A DNA stretch of 64,000 nucleotides from positions 25,231-89,230 of the forward strand of contig CAVESF010000002.1 in the NCBI GenBank assembly GCA_963618495.1, written 5' to 3'. Positions 45,385-55,029 of this stretch are shown piece after piece (positions within the stretch are counted from its first letter, which is position 1; every line of letters begins with the position of its first letter). Origin of the DNA: Acutalibacteraceae bacterium. GTDB lineage: Bacteria; Bacillota; Clostridia; Oscillospirales; CAG-272. The notes under the pieces are model-generated. The model searched no databases. It was not told where the DNA came from and saw only the letters and a program-made list of their open reading frames with translations. The position numbers were made by a program, and so were the translations under genes.

Positions 45385-46566
45385 TCAGAGTGGTTTCTGA
45401 GATGAATATTTCGAGATGGAGAGGATGATGCCCATCTCTCCGAGCTGCATTATCAGCGCACTTCCGCCGTAACTGAAGAAAGGAAGCGCGATGCCTGTCG
45501 TCGGGATGCTGACCGTGACGACGGCGATATTGAGCAGCAGCTGTATGCCGACCTTGCTGATAAGTCCTATCACGAGCAGGGACGAGAATGTATCGGGCGC
45601 GTTCATGGCGATGACAAAACCGCGCCATATCAGCACTATGAAAAGTGCTATCACGGCGACGGCGCCGACAAGCCCCAGCTCCTCGCAGACTATCGAGAAA
45701 ATGAAATCATTCTGCGGCTCGGGAAGCCAAAGGTGCTTCTGATAGCTGTTTCCGAGTCCTACGCCGAAAAGTCCGCCGCTGCCGATGGCAAGCAGGCTCT
45801 GATAGGGCTGCCAGCCGCCGCTGAGGCGGTAATCCTCGGGATGAAGCCATGCGTCTATTCGCGATTTTGCGTAGTCTGTGAAAAGTATCAGCGAGAGTGC
45901 CGCAGCGGCACCTGTGCCTGCTATGGCGACAAGCCATTTTATGCTTGCGCCGGAGATGAATATCATCACGGCGCCGATAAGGAATATGATTATCGTTCCC
46001 GACATATGATGCTCGAGAACCGTCGTTGCGCATACGATGCCGATGATGATGGCAGGGAAGAGAATGCCGTATTTGAAGGTTTTTATCTTCGTTGACACGA
46101 TGGATATGTAATAGGCGAGGAGCAGAGCCAGCGCAAATTTCATTATCTCCGTCGGCTGTATCGTTATCGGACCTATTTTTATCCATCTTGTGGCACCGCT
46201 CCAGTTTTTGCCAACGAAAGGAACGGCGAGGAGCAGGAGATAGCTTACGGCAAAAATCGGGAGCGTGGCTTTCTTTATGAAGGTATAGTCGATGCATGAA
46301 GCGGCAAACATGACGATAATTCCCGCCACCATCCAGACTATCTGCTTCTTGATGAAGAAAAAGCTGTCGCCGTATTTTCGTTCTGCGAAAACATAGCTCG
46401 AGGAGAAAATCATGACCGAGCCGAAGCAGAGCAGGAGCATGACTGTTATCAGAAAGGGAATATCTATCCCGTGCTTTGCGCGGTAGATGGTAACTTCTTC
46501 GCCCGCAGGCATGGCAAAAAAGCCGAAAAGTCCCGGTTTTTTCTTTTGCTTTTTTTCAGCCGTCAT
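45385..46566 (-). CDS. ftsW: SEDS family peptidoglycan polymerase FtsW/SpoVE
   Basis: 10-TM protein with PTEIMKFALALLLAYY and IPTTGIALPFFSYGGSALI. Confidence 0.9.
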   Translation of the reverse strand: MTAEKKQKKKPGLFGFFAMPAGEEVTIYRAKHGIDIPFLITVMLLLCFGSVMIFSSSYVFAERKYGDSFFFIKKQIVWMVAGIIVMFAASCIDYTFIKKATLPIFAVSYLLLLAVPFVGKNWSGATRWIKIGPITIQPTEIMKFALALLLAYYISIVSTKIKTFKYGILFPAIIIGIVCATTVLEHHMSGTIIIFLIGAVMIFISGASIKWLVAIAGTGAAAALSLILFTDYAKSRIDAWLHPEDYRLSGGWQPYQSLLAIGSGGLFGVGLGNSYQKHLWLPEPQNDFIFSIVCEELGLVGAVAVIALFIVLIWRGFVIAMNAPDTFSSLLVIGLISKVGIQLLLNIAVVTVSIPTTGIALPFFSYGGSALIMQLGEMGIILSISKYSSQKPL

Positions 46567-46599
46567 GCCTTTACCTCCGATATATATTTTGCGCGGAAA

Positions 46600-47577
46600 T
46601 CAGTATTTTATAAGGAAGAATGCCGCTATGCAGAAAGCTGCTGTGATGGCAAATGCGCAGAGGTCTATCTTGTTTTCCGAGAAGCCGAGCTTCTCGAAAT
46701 GATGGTGTATCGGCGCCATTTTGAAGAGGCGCTTGCCATGCGTGAGCTTGAAATACGAAACCTGAAGCACGACGGACATTATCTCACAGAAGTAGACTAT
46801 GCCGACGAGCATGATGATAAGCTCATATTTCAGCATATACGCAAGCCCCGTGACCGCACCGCCGAGAAAGAGCGAGCCTGTATCGCCCATGAAAACCTTG
46901 GCGGGATAGATATTGAATATGAGAAAACCGAGCAGTCCGCCTATCACGGCACCGCTGAATGTGACTGCTCCCATATCGCCCACGGAAAAGGCGAGAACGG
47001 CAAAAAACGCGCAGATAACAGCCGAAACCGTGGCGCAGAGCCCATCGATGCCGTCGGTCAGATTTACGCTGTTTACCATGCCGACGATGAAAAGAATAGA
47101 GAAAACATAGTAGAAAAATCCGAGCTCAAGCTCCTTGTTTATGATGGCAAGGCTGATGCTCGTATCTATCGCGCTCGCCTTTGCCATAAGGAAAAGGTAG
47201 AGAGCGGCAACGATGAACTGAAGCGCCATTTTCTGCATGGGCGTCAGTCCCTCGTTGCGCTTTTTCGCGAATTTTGTCAGGTCGTCCGTCACGCCGACAA
47301 GCCCGAAGGCGACAGCCATGCCGAGAGTTATCAGCATGGGCGCGGAAAGCTTATCGAAGAATATGAATGAGAGAATCACGCAGACGACGGTGCAGGGAAT
47401 GATGAAGAAGATACCGCCCATGGTAGGCGTGCCCTCTTTTGACGCGTGCCAGCGCGGACCTATCTCGAGAATCTTCTGCCCGAGTTTTTTGCTTTTCAGC
47501 ACAGGTATGAGAAATCTGCCGAGCAGTGCCGAGGTGATAAGACATATCACAAGTGAAATGATAAAAGAAAGATACAT
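46600..47577 (-). CDS. mraY: Phospho-N-acetylmuramoyl-pentapeptide transferase MraY
   Basis: VGVTDDLTKF, NSVNLTDGIDGL, MGDTGSLFLGG, APIHHHFE. Confidence 0.96.
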   Translation of the reverse strand: MYLSFIISLVICLITSALLGRFLIPVLKSKKLGQKILEIGPRWHASKEGTPTMGGIFFIIPCTVVCVILSFIFFDKLSAPMLITLGMAVAFGLVGVTDDLTKFAKKRNEGLTPMQKMALQFIVAALYLFLMAKASAIDTSISLAIINKELELGFFYYVFSILFIVGMVNSVNLTDGIDGLCATVSAVICAFFAVLAFSVGDMGAVTFSGAVIGGLLGFLIFNIYPAKVFMGDTGSLFLGGAVTGLAYMLKYELIIMLVGIVYFCEIMSVVLQVSYFKLTHGKRLFKMAPIHHHFEKLGFSENKIDLCAFAITAAFCIAAFFLIKY

Positions 47578-47660
47578 ACCTTTTTCTCCGTGCCGATAAG
47601 GATTTTTAGCGTTTTATACAGCCATATGAGTTTTCAAAATGCGATTTATACAGATGTATT

Positions 47661-49055
47661 TTATATAAGCCTTGCCACATTTTCGAGCGCAACTCTGCGG
47701 CTTGCCTTGAAGAGAACGGTATCGCCCTTGTGCAGGAGCCTGCGTATATCCTTTGCCGCCTGCTCGGGGCAGTCGTAGCCGAGAGAGGCGATTTTTTCCT
47801 CGGGCATACCGCTTTCCTTTGCGCCGTCTGCTATATATTTTGCGTTTTCGCCGACTGTTATGAGCAAATCCGCGCCTTTTGCATAAGCCTTGCCTACGCG
47901 CTCGTGCAGTTCATGCGAATATGAACCGAGCTCGAGCATTTCACCGAGCACGGCGACTCTCCTGCCGCCGTTTTCGCTTGCCACATCGTCGAGAACCTCG
48001 ACAGCCGCCTCCATGGATTCGGGAGAGGCATTGTAGCAATCGAGGATGAATGTGCAGTCGTCGTGCTTTTCCACCTGCGAGCGGAGAGCTACCGGCTCAT
48101 AGCCGAGAATGCCCTCTTTTATCTCCCTCTCGGGAATGCCGAGGAGCATGCCGCAGACCACGGCGCACATCGCGTTGTATATATTGTGTCTGCCGCGGAC
48201 GGCTGTTTCGATATCTTTTACTATATAGTCGCCGTTTCTCACATCGAGGTCAAAGAGATATCCCGTCGCCGTCTTGCGGATATTTACCGCATTGTAATGG
48301 CAGAGAGGATTCTCTATGCCGATATATTTCTTGCATATTTTGCCTGTATTGATATTGCGGAGCAGGGGCTCGTCGCCGTTGAGGATGAGGATGCCGTCCT
48401 CTTTCATGCCCTTGATTATCTCCAGTTTGGCATCGCGGATAGCCTCGCGCGAGCCGAGAGTTTCTATATGCGAGGTGCCGATATTCGTTATGACGGCGAT
48501 ATCCGGCTCGGCTATGGCAGAGAGCTTTTCTATCTCTCCGCGCGCGCTCATGCCCATCTCCACGACCATCGCCTTATAGGTGATGTTGAGCTTGAAAAGC
48601 GTGAGCGGAAGCCCGATTTCGTTATTGAAATTGCCCTCGGTTTTGTTTGTCTTGTATTTTCTGTCGAGAACGGAATAGATAAATTCCTTTGTCGCCGTTT
48701 TGCCGACGCTGCCTGTCACGGCAACGGTTATCGTGCTGAAGCGGCGGCGGTATTCTCTCGCGAGAAGTCCGAGCGCACGTGTGGTATCCGCGACGAGGAT
48801 GTACGGAATATCCTCCTCGGGCGCTCTCTCGGCAACGATACAGCAGGCGCCGCCCTTTATCGCGGCGTGAATGAAATCGTGTCCGTCAAAATTTTCGCCT
48901 TTTATGGCAAAGAACAGATCGCCCTCACTTATAGTGCGGGAATCTATGGAAACACCGAAAGCTATATCCTCGGGATTTTTCGAGTAAAGTGTCCCATCTA
49001 CGACACGCGCTATATCGGTAATGCTTATTCCGTTATCACATAAACCAAGATACAT
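47661..49055 (-). CDS. murF: UDP-N-acetylmuramoyl-tripeptide--D-alanyl-D-alanine ligase MurF
   Basis: VTGSVGKTATKE P-loop, VVEMGMSARGEI, ILDCYNASPESM. Confidence 0.93.
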   Translation of the reverse strand: MYLGLCDNGISITDIARVVDGTLYSKNPEDIAFGVSIDSRTISEGDLFFAIKGENFDGHDFIHAAIKGGACCIVAERAPEEDIPYILVADTTRALGLLAREYRRRFSTITVAVTGSVGKTATKEFIYSVLDRKYKTNKTEGNFNNEIGLPLTLFKLNITYKAMVVEMGMSARGEIEKLSAIAEPDIAVITNIGTSHIETLGSREAIRDAKLEIIKGMKEDGILILNGDEPLLRNINTGKICKKYIGIENPLCHYNAVNIRKTATGYLFDLDVRNGDYIVKDIETAVRGRHNIYNAMCAVVCGMLLGIPEREIKEGILGYEPVALRSQVEKHDDCTFILDCYNASPESMEAAVEVLDDVASENGGRRVAVLGEMLELGSYSHELHERVGKAYAKGADLLITVGENAKYIADGAKESGMPEEKIASLGYDCPEQAAKDIRRLLHKGDTVLFKASRRVALENVARLI

Positions 49056-49059
49056 TTTT

Positions 49060-50502
49060 CTAATCCTTTTCCTTTATTATTTTGAGTACTGTTTCTCTTT
49101 CACAAAAATTGTGTTTTCCTTCTTTGTCTATCACATAGTCCTCGTGACCCTTGCCCGCGAGGAGTATGACGTCGCCTTTTTTCGCCGCCGAGAGGGCGAT
49201 TCTTATCGCCTTTTCGCGGTTTACTTCCGTCATGTAATTTTCGCTTCGTATTCCCATGCAGATATCGCGGATTATCTCGGCAGGGTCTTCTGTCCTCGGG
49301 TTGTCGGAGGTGACTATGGCAAAGTCGGATAGACTTGCCGCGATATCGCCCATCTCGGGGCGTTTGGTTTTGTCCCTGTCTCCACCGCAACCGAAAAGCG
49401 TGATTATCCTGCCGCTATATACCTCGCGCAGAGCCGAAACGGCTTTTCCGAGCGCGTCCGGCGTGTGCGCATAGTCGATTATAACATCGAAATCGCCTGC
49501 GTATATGCGTTCCATCCTGCCGCGCACGGGCGGGAAATCCGAGAGCGCGTCCGCGAGCTTCTTTTCGGGAACGCCGAAAAGATACGCGCAGGCGAGTGCC
49601 GCCGTCGCATTGTAAACATTGAAGCCGCCGAGCGGCAATATGCTTTCTTTTATATTATGTGAAATACCGTCCGGCGAAATGCAGAAATCAAAGTCCGAGC
49701 CGCCTGCGGAAATTTTTTCATTTTCAAAGTAAAATTCGGATCTGCGGTCTCTTCCGTAATAGAAAACATCGCCGTCGGACGTCCAAGCCATGCGGTATGC
49801 CGCCTTGTCATCCATATTTATCAGGCTGACTTTACTGCGCCGGAAGAGCTTTTCCTTTGCGCTTGCGTATTCGCCGAGACTGCCGTGAAAATCGAGATGG
49901 TCATGAGTGAGATTTGTAAAGACGCCGATATCGAAATCGATGCCGTATACGCGCTCCTGCGAGAGCGAATGGGAGGAAACCTCCATCACTACGGTGTCTA
50001 TGCCGTTTTCACGCATTTCGGCAAGCTCGGAAGCGAGCAGATTCGGCGGCGGGGTAGTGTAGCCGCTGCTCACCTGCCCATTTCCGCAGTCGCAGAAGAG
50101 CGTGCCGATGATGCCGACGCGATGTCCTGCCTTTTTCAGAATGTGTGCCGTCATGAGGCATGTGGTGGATTTCCCGTTTGTGCCCGTTATGCCGATAAAC
50201 CGCATATCCTTTTGCGGATTTCCGTGCATGCGCAGATGCGCGAGAGCGAGTGCGGCGCGGACATCCGATACCCACACGGTGGGGATATCGGGTTCCGAAT
50301 ATTCGCCGTAGCCCGAGACAATGGCGGGAACACCGCGCTCTCTTGCCTTTTCGTATATTTCCGGTGATGCCTTCCTTATGAAGAGAACATCGCCTGCCTG
50401 CGCCGCATCTGCGTTTTCCGCAATGTCGCGCACATCGCACAGCTCGGCATTACCGCCGGAGAAGAGCATTTCGTTTTGTAAAATTAAGTCCGAGAGTTTC
50501 AT
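49060..50502 (-). CDS. murE: UDP-N-acetylmuramoyl-L-alanyl-D-glutamate--2,6-diaminopimelate ligase MurE
   Basis: GITGTNGKSTT, VMEVSSHSL, and the DNPR motif (TSDNPRTEDP) that indicates meso-DAP specificity. Confidence 0.93.
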   Translation of the reverse strand: MKLSDLILQNEMLFSGGNAELCDVRDIAENADAAQAGDVLFIRKASPEIYEKARERGVPAIVSGYGEYSEPDIPTVWVSDVRAALALAHLRMHGNPQKDMRFIGITGTNGKSTTCLMTAHILKKAGHRVGIIGTLFCDCGNGQVSSGYTTPPPNLLASELAEMRENGIDTVVMEVSSHSLSQERVYGIDFDIGVFTNLTHDHLDFHGSLGEYASAKEKLFRRSKVSLINMDDKAAYRMAWTSDGDVFYYGRDRRSEFYFENEKISAGGSDFDFCISPDGISHNIKESILPLGGFNVYNATAALACAYLFGVPEKKLADALSDFPPVRGRMERIYAGDFDVIIDYAHTPDALGKAVSALREVYSGRIITLFGCGGDRDKTKRPEMGDIAASLSDFAIVTSDNPRTEDPAEIIRDICMGIRSENYMTEVNREKAIRIALSAAKKGDVILLAGKGHEDYVIDKEGKHNFCERETVLKIIKEKD

Positions 50503-50558
50503 ATAACGCCTCCGTCAAAAATATTTTGTATTTTCAACATCCGCGTCATGCGCATTTT

Positions 50559-52793
50559 TCAGTCCGTTACGTCCATGTGGCGCATATCTATCGTTATCAC
50601 CGTGCCCTTTTCGGCAACGGTGCCGACTGCCAGCGACTGCGAAACGACAGTTGCGTCTGAACTGCCCGTAGCGCCTTCTATTTTCACATTGAAGCCTGCG
50701 TCGGTGAGGAGCGTATTTGCCGCCTGCGCCGTGAGTCCGATGACCTTCGGGACGACAGCGGTGAGCTTTTCCGCCTCGGCTTCGGTATAGAGTATAACCT
50801 TGCCGTTTTTCACGGACATTTTACTGCCCGAGGCAGGCACCTGATTTACTACGCTGTTTCCGCTTCCGACAACCTCATAGGAAAGACCGAGAGTGCCGAG
50901 TCTCGACTTTGCCGCGTCGAGCGAGGAGCCACGCAGATTTTCGAGGGTTATCATTTCGCCGTCCGCATATTCCGGTTCTACGCCGAGATATGGAAGTACC
51001 TCGGAGAGAACCTTTGAAACATAGGGCGCGGCTACCGTACTGCCGTAGATTGAGCCTATTGTCGGCTCATCGACGATGATTATGCAGATGACCTGCGGGT
51101 CGTCTGCGGGAGCATAAGCCACAGTGGATGCTATTCTGCCGCCGCTCGTACCTTTTTCCGAAGTACCTGTCTTTGCCGCTACCTTGTAGCCCGCAACATA
51201 TGCATTGCGCGCGCCGCCGTTTCCGGAAACGCCGTCCGCAAGTATTTGGCTTATCGTGGCGGAGGTGGAAGCGCTGATTACCTGACGCTTCACCGTTGTG
51301 CCGAAAGAAGCGAGGATATTTCCGTCGTCATCCGTGATTTCCTTTACGAGATGAGGGGTGACGAGCTTACCTCCGTTTGCTACGGCGGCAACGGCTGTTA
51401 TCTGCTGGATAGCCGTTACATTATATCTCTGACCGAAAGAATAAACCGCGAGGTCTACGCCGCTGAGGCTGTCATTGTAGATAGAGGAGCCTTCGCCAGG
51501 GAGATCTATGCCTGTTTTTTCGCTCAGTCCGAAATTGCAGAAGTAATTTATAAAAGAGGTTGCTCCGATGCGCTCCGCGAGCATCATCATGGCGGGATTG
51601 CAGGATTGCTGAAGCGCACCCGCGAAATCAAGCGTGCCGTGTCCCGTTGTCTTGTGGCATTTTATCGGGCGCGACCAGCCTGCCACATTGTAGTAGCCCT
51701 TGCAGTAGAATGTATCTGAAAGCGTTGCCTTGCCCTCCTCGAGAGCCATCGACGTTGTGAAAATCTTGGATGTGGAGCCTGGCTCGTAGGTCTCGGTTAT
51801 CGCCTTGTTGTTCCATGTCTTGAAGAGCACATTGGAAACCGCGCTCTTGTATTTGTCGCTGTCCTTGCCGTAGGTCTGCTCCGCCGCCGTCAGCTCGCTC
51901 TGATAATACGAAACCGTGGTGTAGGGCGAATTGAGGTCGAAATAGGGATATGTCGCCATAGCATAGATTTCGCCTGTTTTGGGATCCATGACTATGCCGC
52001 AGGCGCGGGATTTCGCTCCCGATTCTATGACGGCCTGCTCGAGATATTTCTCAAGATAGCTCTGAATCTTGTAGTCTATGGTGGTGACAAGATTTGCGCC
52101 GTTTTTGGCGTCTATGTACTGCTCGTACTGATAGGGCATTTCGCCGCCCTTGCCGTTCTGCGCGGAGACTATTCTGCCGCTCACGCCTGTGAGCAGCTTG
52201 TCATACTGATATTCCAGCCCGTAGAGACCGCCGTCCGCACCGCAGAAGCCTATGACATGAGAGGCAAGCGTGCTGTAGGGATATATACGCGATGCCGTTT
52301 CCACAAGGTGGATGCATTCTGCCAGGTCATTGTCGAGGATAAACTGACGCACCCTGTCGGCGTCCTCTTTCTCGACATTCTTTTTTATCGTTTCGTCTTT
52401 TCTTTTGACTTTCTTTGTCTTTTCTATTATCGTGTCGTAATCGACGCCGAGTATCTCGGAGAGTCCTTTTGCCACGAGCTCGCGCTGAGCATCATCTTTC
52501 ATATCGTAGGGCGATATGAAAACGCGCTCTGTGGTATAATTTGTCGCGAGGGCAACATGATTTCTGTCATATATTGTGCCGCGTGCGCTTCCCGTGGAAA
52601 CTTCATATATCATCTGCTCGATGACGAGCCTTTTATAGTGCTCGTTCCGCACTATCTGAAGATATATCAGCCTTCCGATAAGTACAGCCGCAATAAATGT
52701 AGCGGCGCAAATTACCGAAAGAGAGCGCACCCGCATGCTTCTGCTTGTACGCCCTATAAGGGAATCGGGTTTTTCGCTTGGTTTCCCGTTCAT
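50559..52793 (-). CDS. Class B penicillin-binding protein (FtsI/PBP2B/SpoVD type) with two C-terminal PASTA domains
   Basis: TM anchor. Transpeptidase motifs are GSTSK (SxxK), SCN (SxN) and KTGT. It ends with two about 65-aa PASTA-like repeats. Confidence 0.92.
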   Translation of the reverse strand: MNGKPSEKPDSLIGRTSRSMRVRSLSVICAATFIAAVLIGRLIYLQIVRNEHYKRLVIEQMIYEVSTGSARGTIYDRNHVALATNYTTERVFISPYDMKDDAQRELVAKGLSEILGVDYDTIIEKTKKVKRKDETIKKNVEKEDADRVRQFILDNDLAECIHLVETASRIYPYSTLASHVIGFCGADGGLYGLEYQYDKLLTGVSGRIVSAQNGKGGEMPYQYEQYIDAKNGANLVTTIDYKIQSYLEKYLEQAVIESGAKSRACGIVMDPKTGEIYAMATYPYFDLNSPYTTVSYYQSELTAAEQTYGKDSDKYKSAVSNVLFKTWNNKAITETYEPGSTSKIFTTSMALEEGKATLSDTFYCKGYYNVAGWSRPIKCHKTTGHGTLDFAGALQQSCNPAMMMLAERIGATSFINYFCNFGLSEKTGIDLPGEGSSIYNDSLSGVDLAVYSFGQRYNVTAIQQITAVAAVANGGKLVTPHLVKEITDDDGNILASFGTTVKRQVISASTSATISQILADGVSGNGGARNAYVAGYKVAAKTGTSEKGTSGGRIASTVAYAPADDPQVICIIIVDEPTIGSIYGSTVAAPYVSKVLSEVLPYLGVEPEYADGEMITLENLRGSSLDAAKSRLGTLGLSYEVVGSGNSVVNQVPASGSKMSVKNGKVILYTEAEAEKLTAVVPKVIGLTAQAANTLLTDAGFNVKIEGATGSSDATVVSQSLAVGTVAEKGTVITIDMRHMDVTD

Positions 52794-52911
52794 TTCTCCC
52801 CTCCATCTTTTCTAAAACAAAGTGAGCAAAGAGCATATTTTACCATTCTCCCCGCTCACTCAAAGCCGTGTACTTGTATATTTATATTTGCGCCGGGAAA
52901 ATTTATTCCTT

Positions 52912-53397
52912 TCAGTTCATAAATTCTATCAGCTTTGAAAAGCCGCGACCTATGGCGGAGAGAAGAGAGCCTGATGATTTTTTGCTTTCCTTATTTCCGT
53001 ATACTACCATGTTTACAGTGTTTTCCGTGTCGCGGGGAAGATACTGCATATATTTGCTGTCTGTCATGCCTAGTTCTTTTGCGCGCGCCTCAAAATCGAC
53101 ATCCTTGTATTTTGCGTCGATATCGCGCTCGCGGGAGTTTATCTCTTTTTCCATTTTGGATATATCGGAGTTTATCTTGTTTATATCGGAGCGGAGCTGC
53201 GCCACCTGAACAAACGAGAAAACTATAAACATGAGCATCGCCGTGATAAGCAGGGCACAAGCCGCGATGTATATGGGAAATTTCTTTTTTTCGCCTGTCT
53301 TTACGGTGCTGTATTTAACGCCGCCGCTCGATACATCCGTCATATATTTTTTGACGAAGCTTCCGATGTTTCCGGATTTTTTTCTCTTCTTTTCCAT
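52912..53397 (-). CDS. ftsL: FtsL-like cell division protein (TM + coiled coil)
   Basis: A single TM helix (IYIAACALLITAMLMFIVFSF) is followed by a heptad-like region (QLRSDINKINSDISKMEKEIN). It lies between rsmH and pbp. Confidence 0.65.
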   Translation of the reverse strand: MEKKRKKSGNIGSFVKKYMTDVSSGGVKYSTVKTGEKKKFPIYIAACALLITAMLMFIVFSFVQVAQLRSDINKINSDISKMEKEINSRERDIDAKYKDVDFEARAKELGMTDSKYMQYLPRDTENTVNMVVYGNKESKKSSGSLLSAIGRGFSKLIEFMN

Positions 53398-53429
53398 GAC
53401 CTGACCCTTTCCGAAAAAGACCTGTTTTT

Positions 53430-54386
53430 CTATATTTTTCTTGCCGCACGCAGCTTCGCGCTGTGTGAGCGGTTGTTTTCAGCCAGTTCCTCCTCCGAGG
53501 GAAGAATCGGCTTTCTTGTAAGGATTTCTATTTTTGGTTTGTTTCCGCATATGCATACGGGAAATGAGGGCGGACAGGTGCAACCCTGCGCCAGCTCCGC
53601 GAAAGTTTTCTTCACGGTTCTGTCCTCAAGAGAATGAAAAGTAAGCACCGCGAGCACGCCGCCGCTTTTCATTGCTCCTATCAGTGTTCGGAGCGTGGGT
53701 GCGATGATATCAAGCTCGTTGTTTACCTCTATTCTTATCGCCTGAAAGGTTCTTTTCGCCGGATGATGACCGACGGCGAGCGCCTTTTTCGGCATCACGC
53801 TTTTTATTATATCGACAAGCTCGAGCGTCGTTTTTATCGGTGCGTTTTCTCTTGCCTTTACTATGGCGGAGGCTATCTTCGGCGCGAAATTTTCCTCTCC
53901 GTATTCAAAGAAAATTCGGCGAAGCTCGCTCTCGCTGTATGTATTGACGACGGTGTATGCGCTCTTTGTTTCCTCGGGCGAGCCTTCGGCATTCATGCGC
54001 ATATCGAGCGGAGCATCTGTGTTATATGAAAAGCCGCGTTCGGGAGTATCAAGCTGATATGAAGAAACGCCGAGGTCGATTATCGCGCCGTCTATGCCGT
54101 CGATGCCGAGATCGCGTAGAATTTCCGATATATCGGAAAAATTGCCGTGGACAAATGTTATCCTGTCGCTGTAGTCGCAGAGGCGCTTTTTTGCCGCCGT
54201 GATGGCGCATTCGTCTGTATCCGTGCAGATGAGCCTGCCGCCTGCGGTGAGCCTTTTCGCTATCTCCAGCGAATGACCGCCGCCGCCGAGCGTGCAGTCG
54301 ACATATGTGCCGTCCGGCTTTATATCAAGTATATCTATGCATTCCCCGAGCATAACGGAGTAATGCGAAAACTTTATCTCTTCCAT
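53430..54386 (-). CDS. rsmH: 16S rRNA (cytosine1402-N4)-methyltransferase RsmH
   Basis: H.SVML.E, DCTLGGGGHS, DLGVSSYQLD, SFHSLEDR. Confidence 0.96.
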   Translation of the reverse strand: MEEIKFSHYSVMLGECIDILDIKPDGTYVDCTLGGGGHSLEIAKRLTAGGRLICTDTDECAITAAKKRLCDYSDRITFVHGNFSDISEILRDLGIDGIDGAIIDLGVSSYQLDTPERGFSYNTDAPLDMRMNAEGSPEETKSAYTVVNTYSESELRRIFFEYGEENFAPKIASAIVKARENAPIKTTLELVDIIKSVMPKKALAVGHHPAKRTFQAIRIEVNNELDIIAPTLRTLIGAMKSGGVLAVLTFHSLEDRTVKKTFAELAQGCTCPPSFPVCICGNKPKIEILTRKPILPSEEELAENNRSHSAKLRAARKI

Positions 54387-54388
54387 AA

Positions 54389-54808
54389 TCAGAAGCCAAG
54401 CTCTATCATCAGCTCTTCAACTTCCTTGGCGTCTTCGCCCGAGGAAGCCGACTTCCAGTTTTCTTCAGACCATATTTCGAGATACGAACCGAGACCGATG
54501 ACAACGGCATTGCCGCCTATTTCAGCGTAGTCGCGCAGACTCTGAGAGAGAAGTGCGCGTCCCTGCGAATCCTGCTCCACATCGCACGCCTGAGCGAAAA
54601 CGAAACGGCGTATTTTAGCCGCCTGAGCAGTCGGCAGAGCTTCTATTTTGGCAACATAGGCATTCCAGTATTCCATGGGGTAGACGGAAAGGCACTTATC
54701 CGTTCCTTTTGTTATGACAAACTTTGTGCCGAGCTCCTCGCGGTATTTCGCGGGGATGAAAACTCTGCCCTTGGAATCGACTGTATGAGAATACTCGCCC
54801 AGAAACAT
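54389..54808 (-). CDS. mraZ: Transcriptional regulator MraZ
   Basis: MFLGEYSHTVDSKGRVFIPAKYRE plus a second DSQGR repeat; 139 aa. Confidence 0.96.
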   Translation of the reverse strand: MFLGEYSHTVDSKGRVFIPAKYREELGTKFVITKGTDKCLSVYPMEYWNAYVAKIEALPTAQAAKIRRFVFAQACDVEQDSQGRALLSQSLRDYAEIGGNAVVIGLGSYLEIWSEENWKSASSGEDAKEVEELMIELGF

Positions 54809-54861
54809 GGATAAACGCCTCCTTTTCTTCGGAATCTGATGCCTGCGAAAAACGCTTGCCT

Positions 54862-54918
54862 GTGGAAAAGTGGAAAACTCTGTGGAAAATTCACCACTTC
54901 ACACCACTTAGCACCACT
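54862..54918 (-). promoter_or_regulatory. Putative MraZ operator: three AGTGGTG boxes at exact 10-bp spacing plus three opposite-strand GTGGAAAA boxes
   Basis: Minus-strand sense reads aaAGTGGTGctaAGTGGTGtgaAGTGGTGaattTTCCACagagtTTTCCACTTTTCCACagg. Plus-strand CACCACT boxes are at 54892, 54902 and 54912. Plus-strand GTGGAAAA boxes are at 54862, 54870 and 54882. GTGG-core direct repeats are the known MraZ binding element. Confidence 0.65.
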
Positions 54919-54926
54919 TTTACTAT

Positions 54927-54955
54927 ATTATAGCTGATATTTTCTGAAATTACAA
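54927..54955 (-). promoter_or_regulatory. Pmra: sigma-A promoter of the dcw cluster
   Basis: Minus-strand sense reads TTGTAA, 17-nt spacer, TATAAT. The MraZ boxes begin about 9 nt downstream of the -10 element. Confidence 0.65.
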
Positions 54956-55029
54956 TAGCTTTTCGAGAAAAAAATAAAAAAACAGAAAAAAAGTTTTGCA
55001 GTTTTTCCTGTTTATCATGTCGGATGCGG

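Noticed and set aside
46471-49043. Plus-strand ORFs of 299 aa (46471-47370) and 326 aa (48063-49043)
   Set aside because: They are antisense to mraY and murF, both of which carry unambiguous family motifs. They are shadow ORFs.
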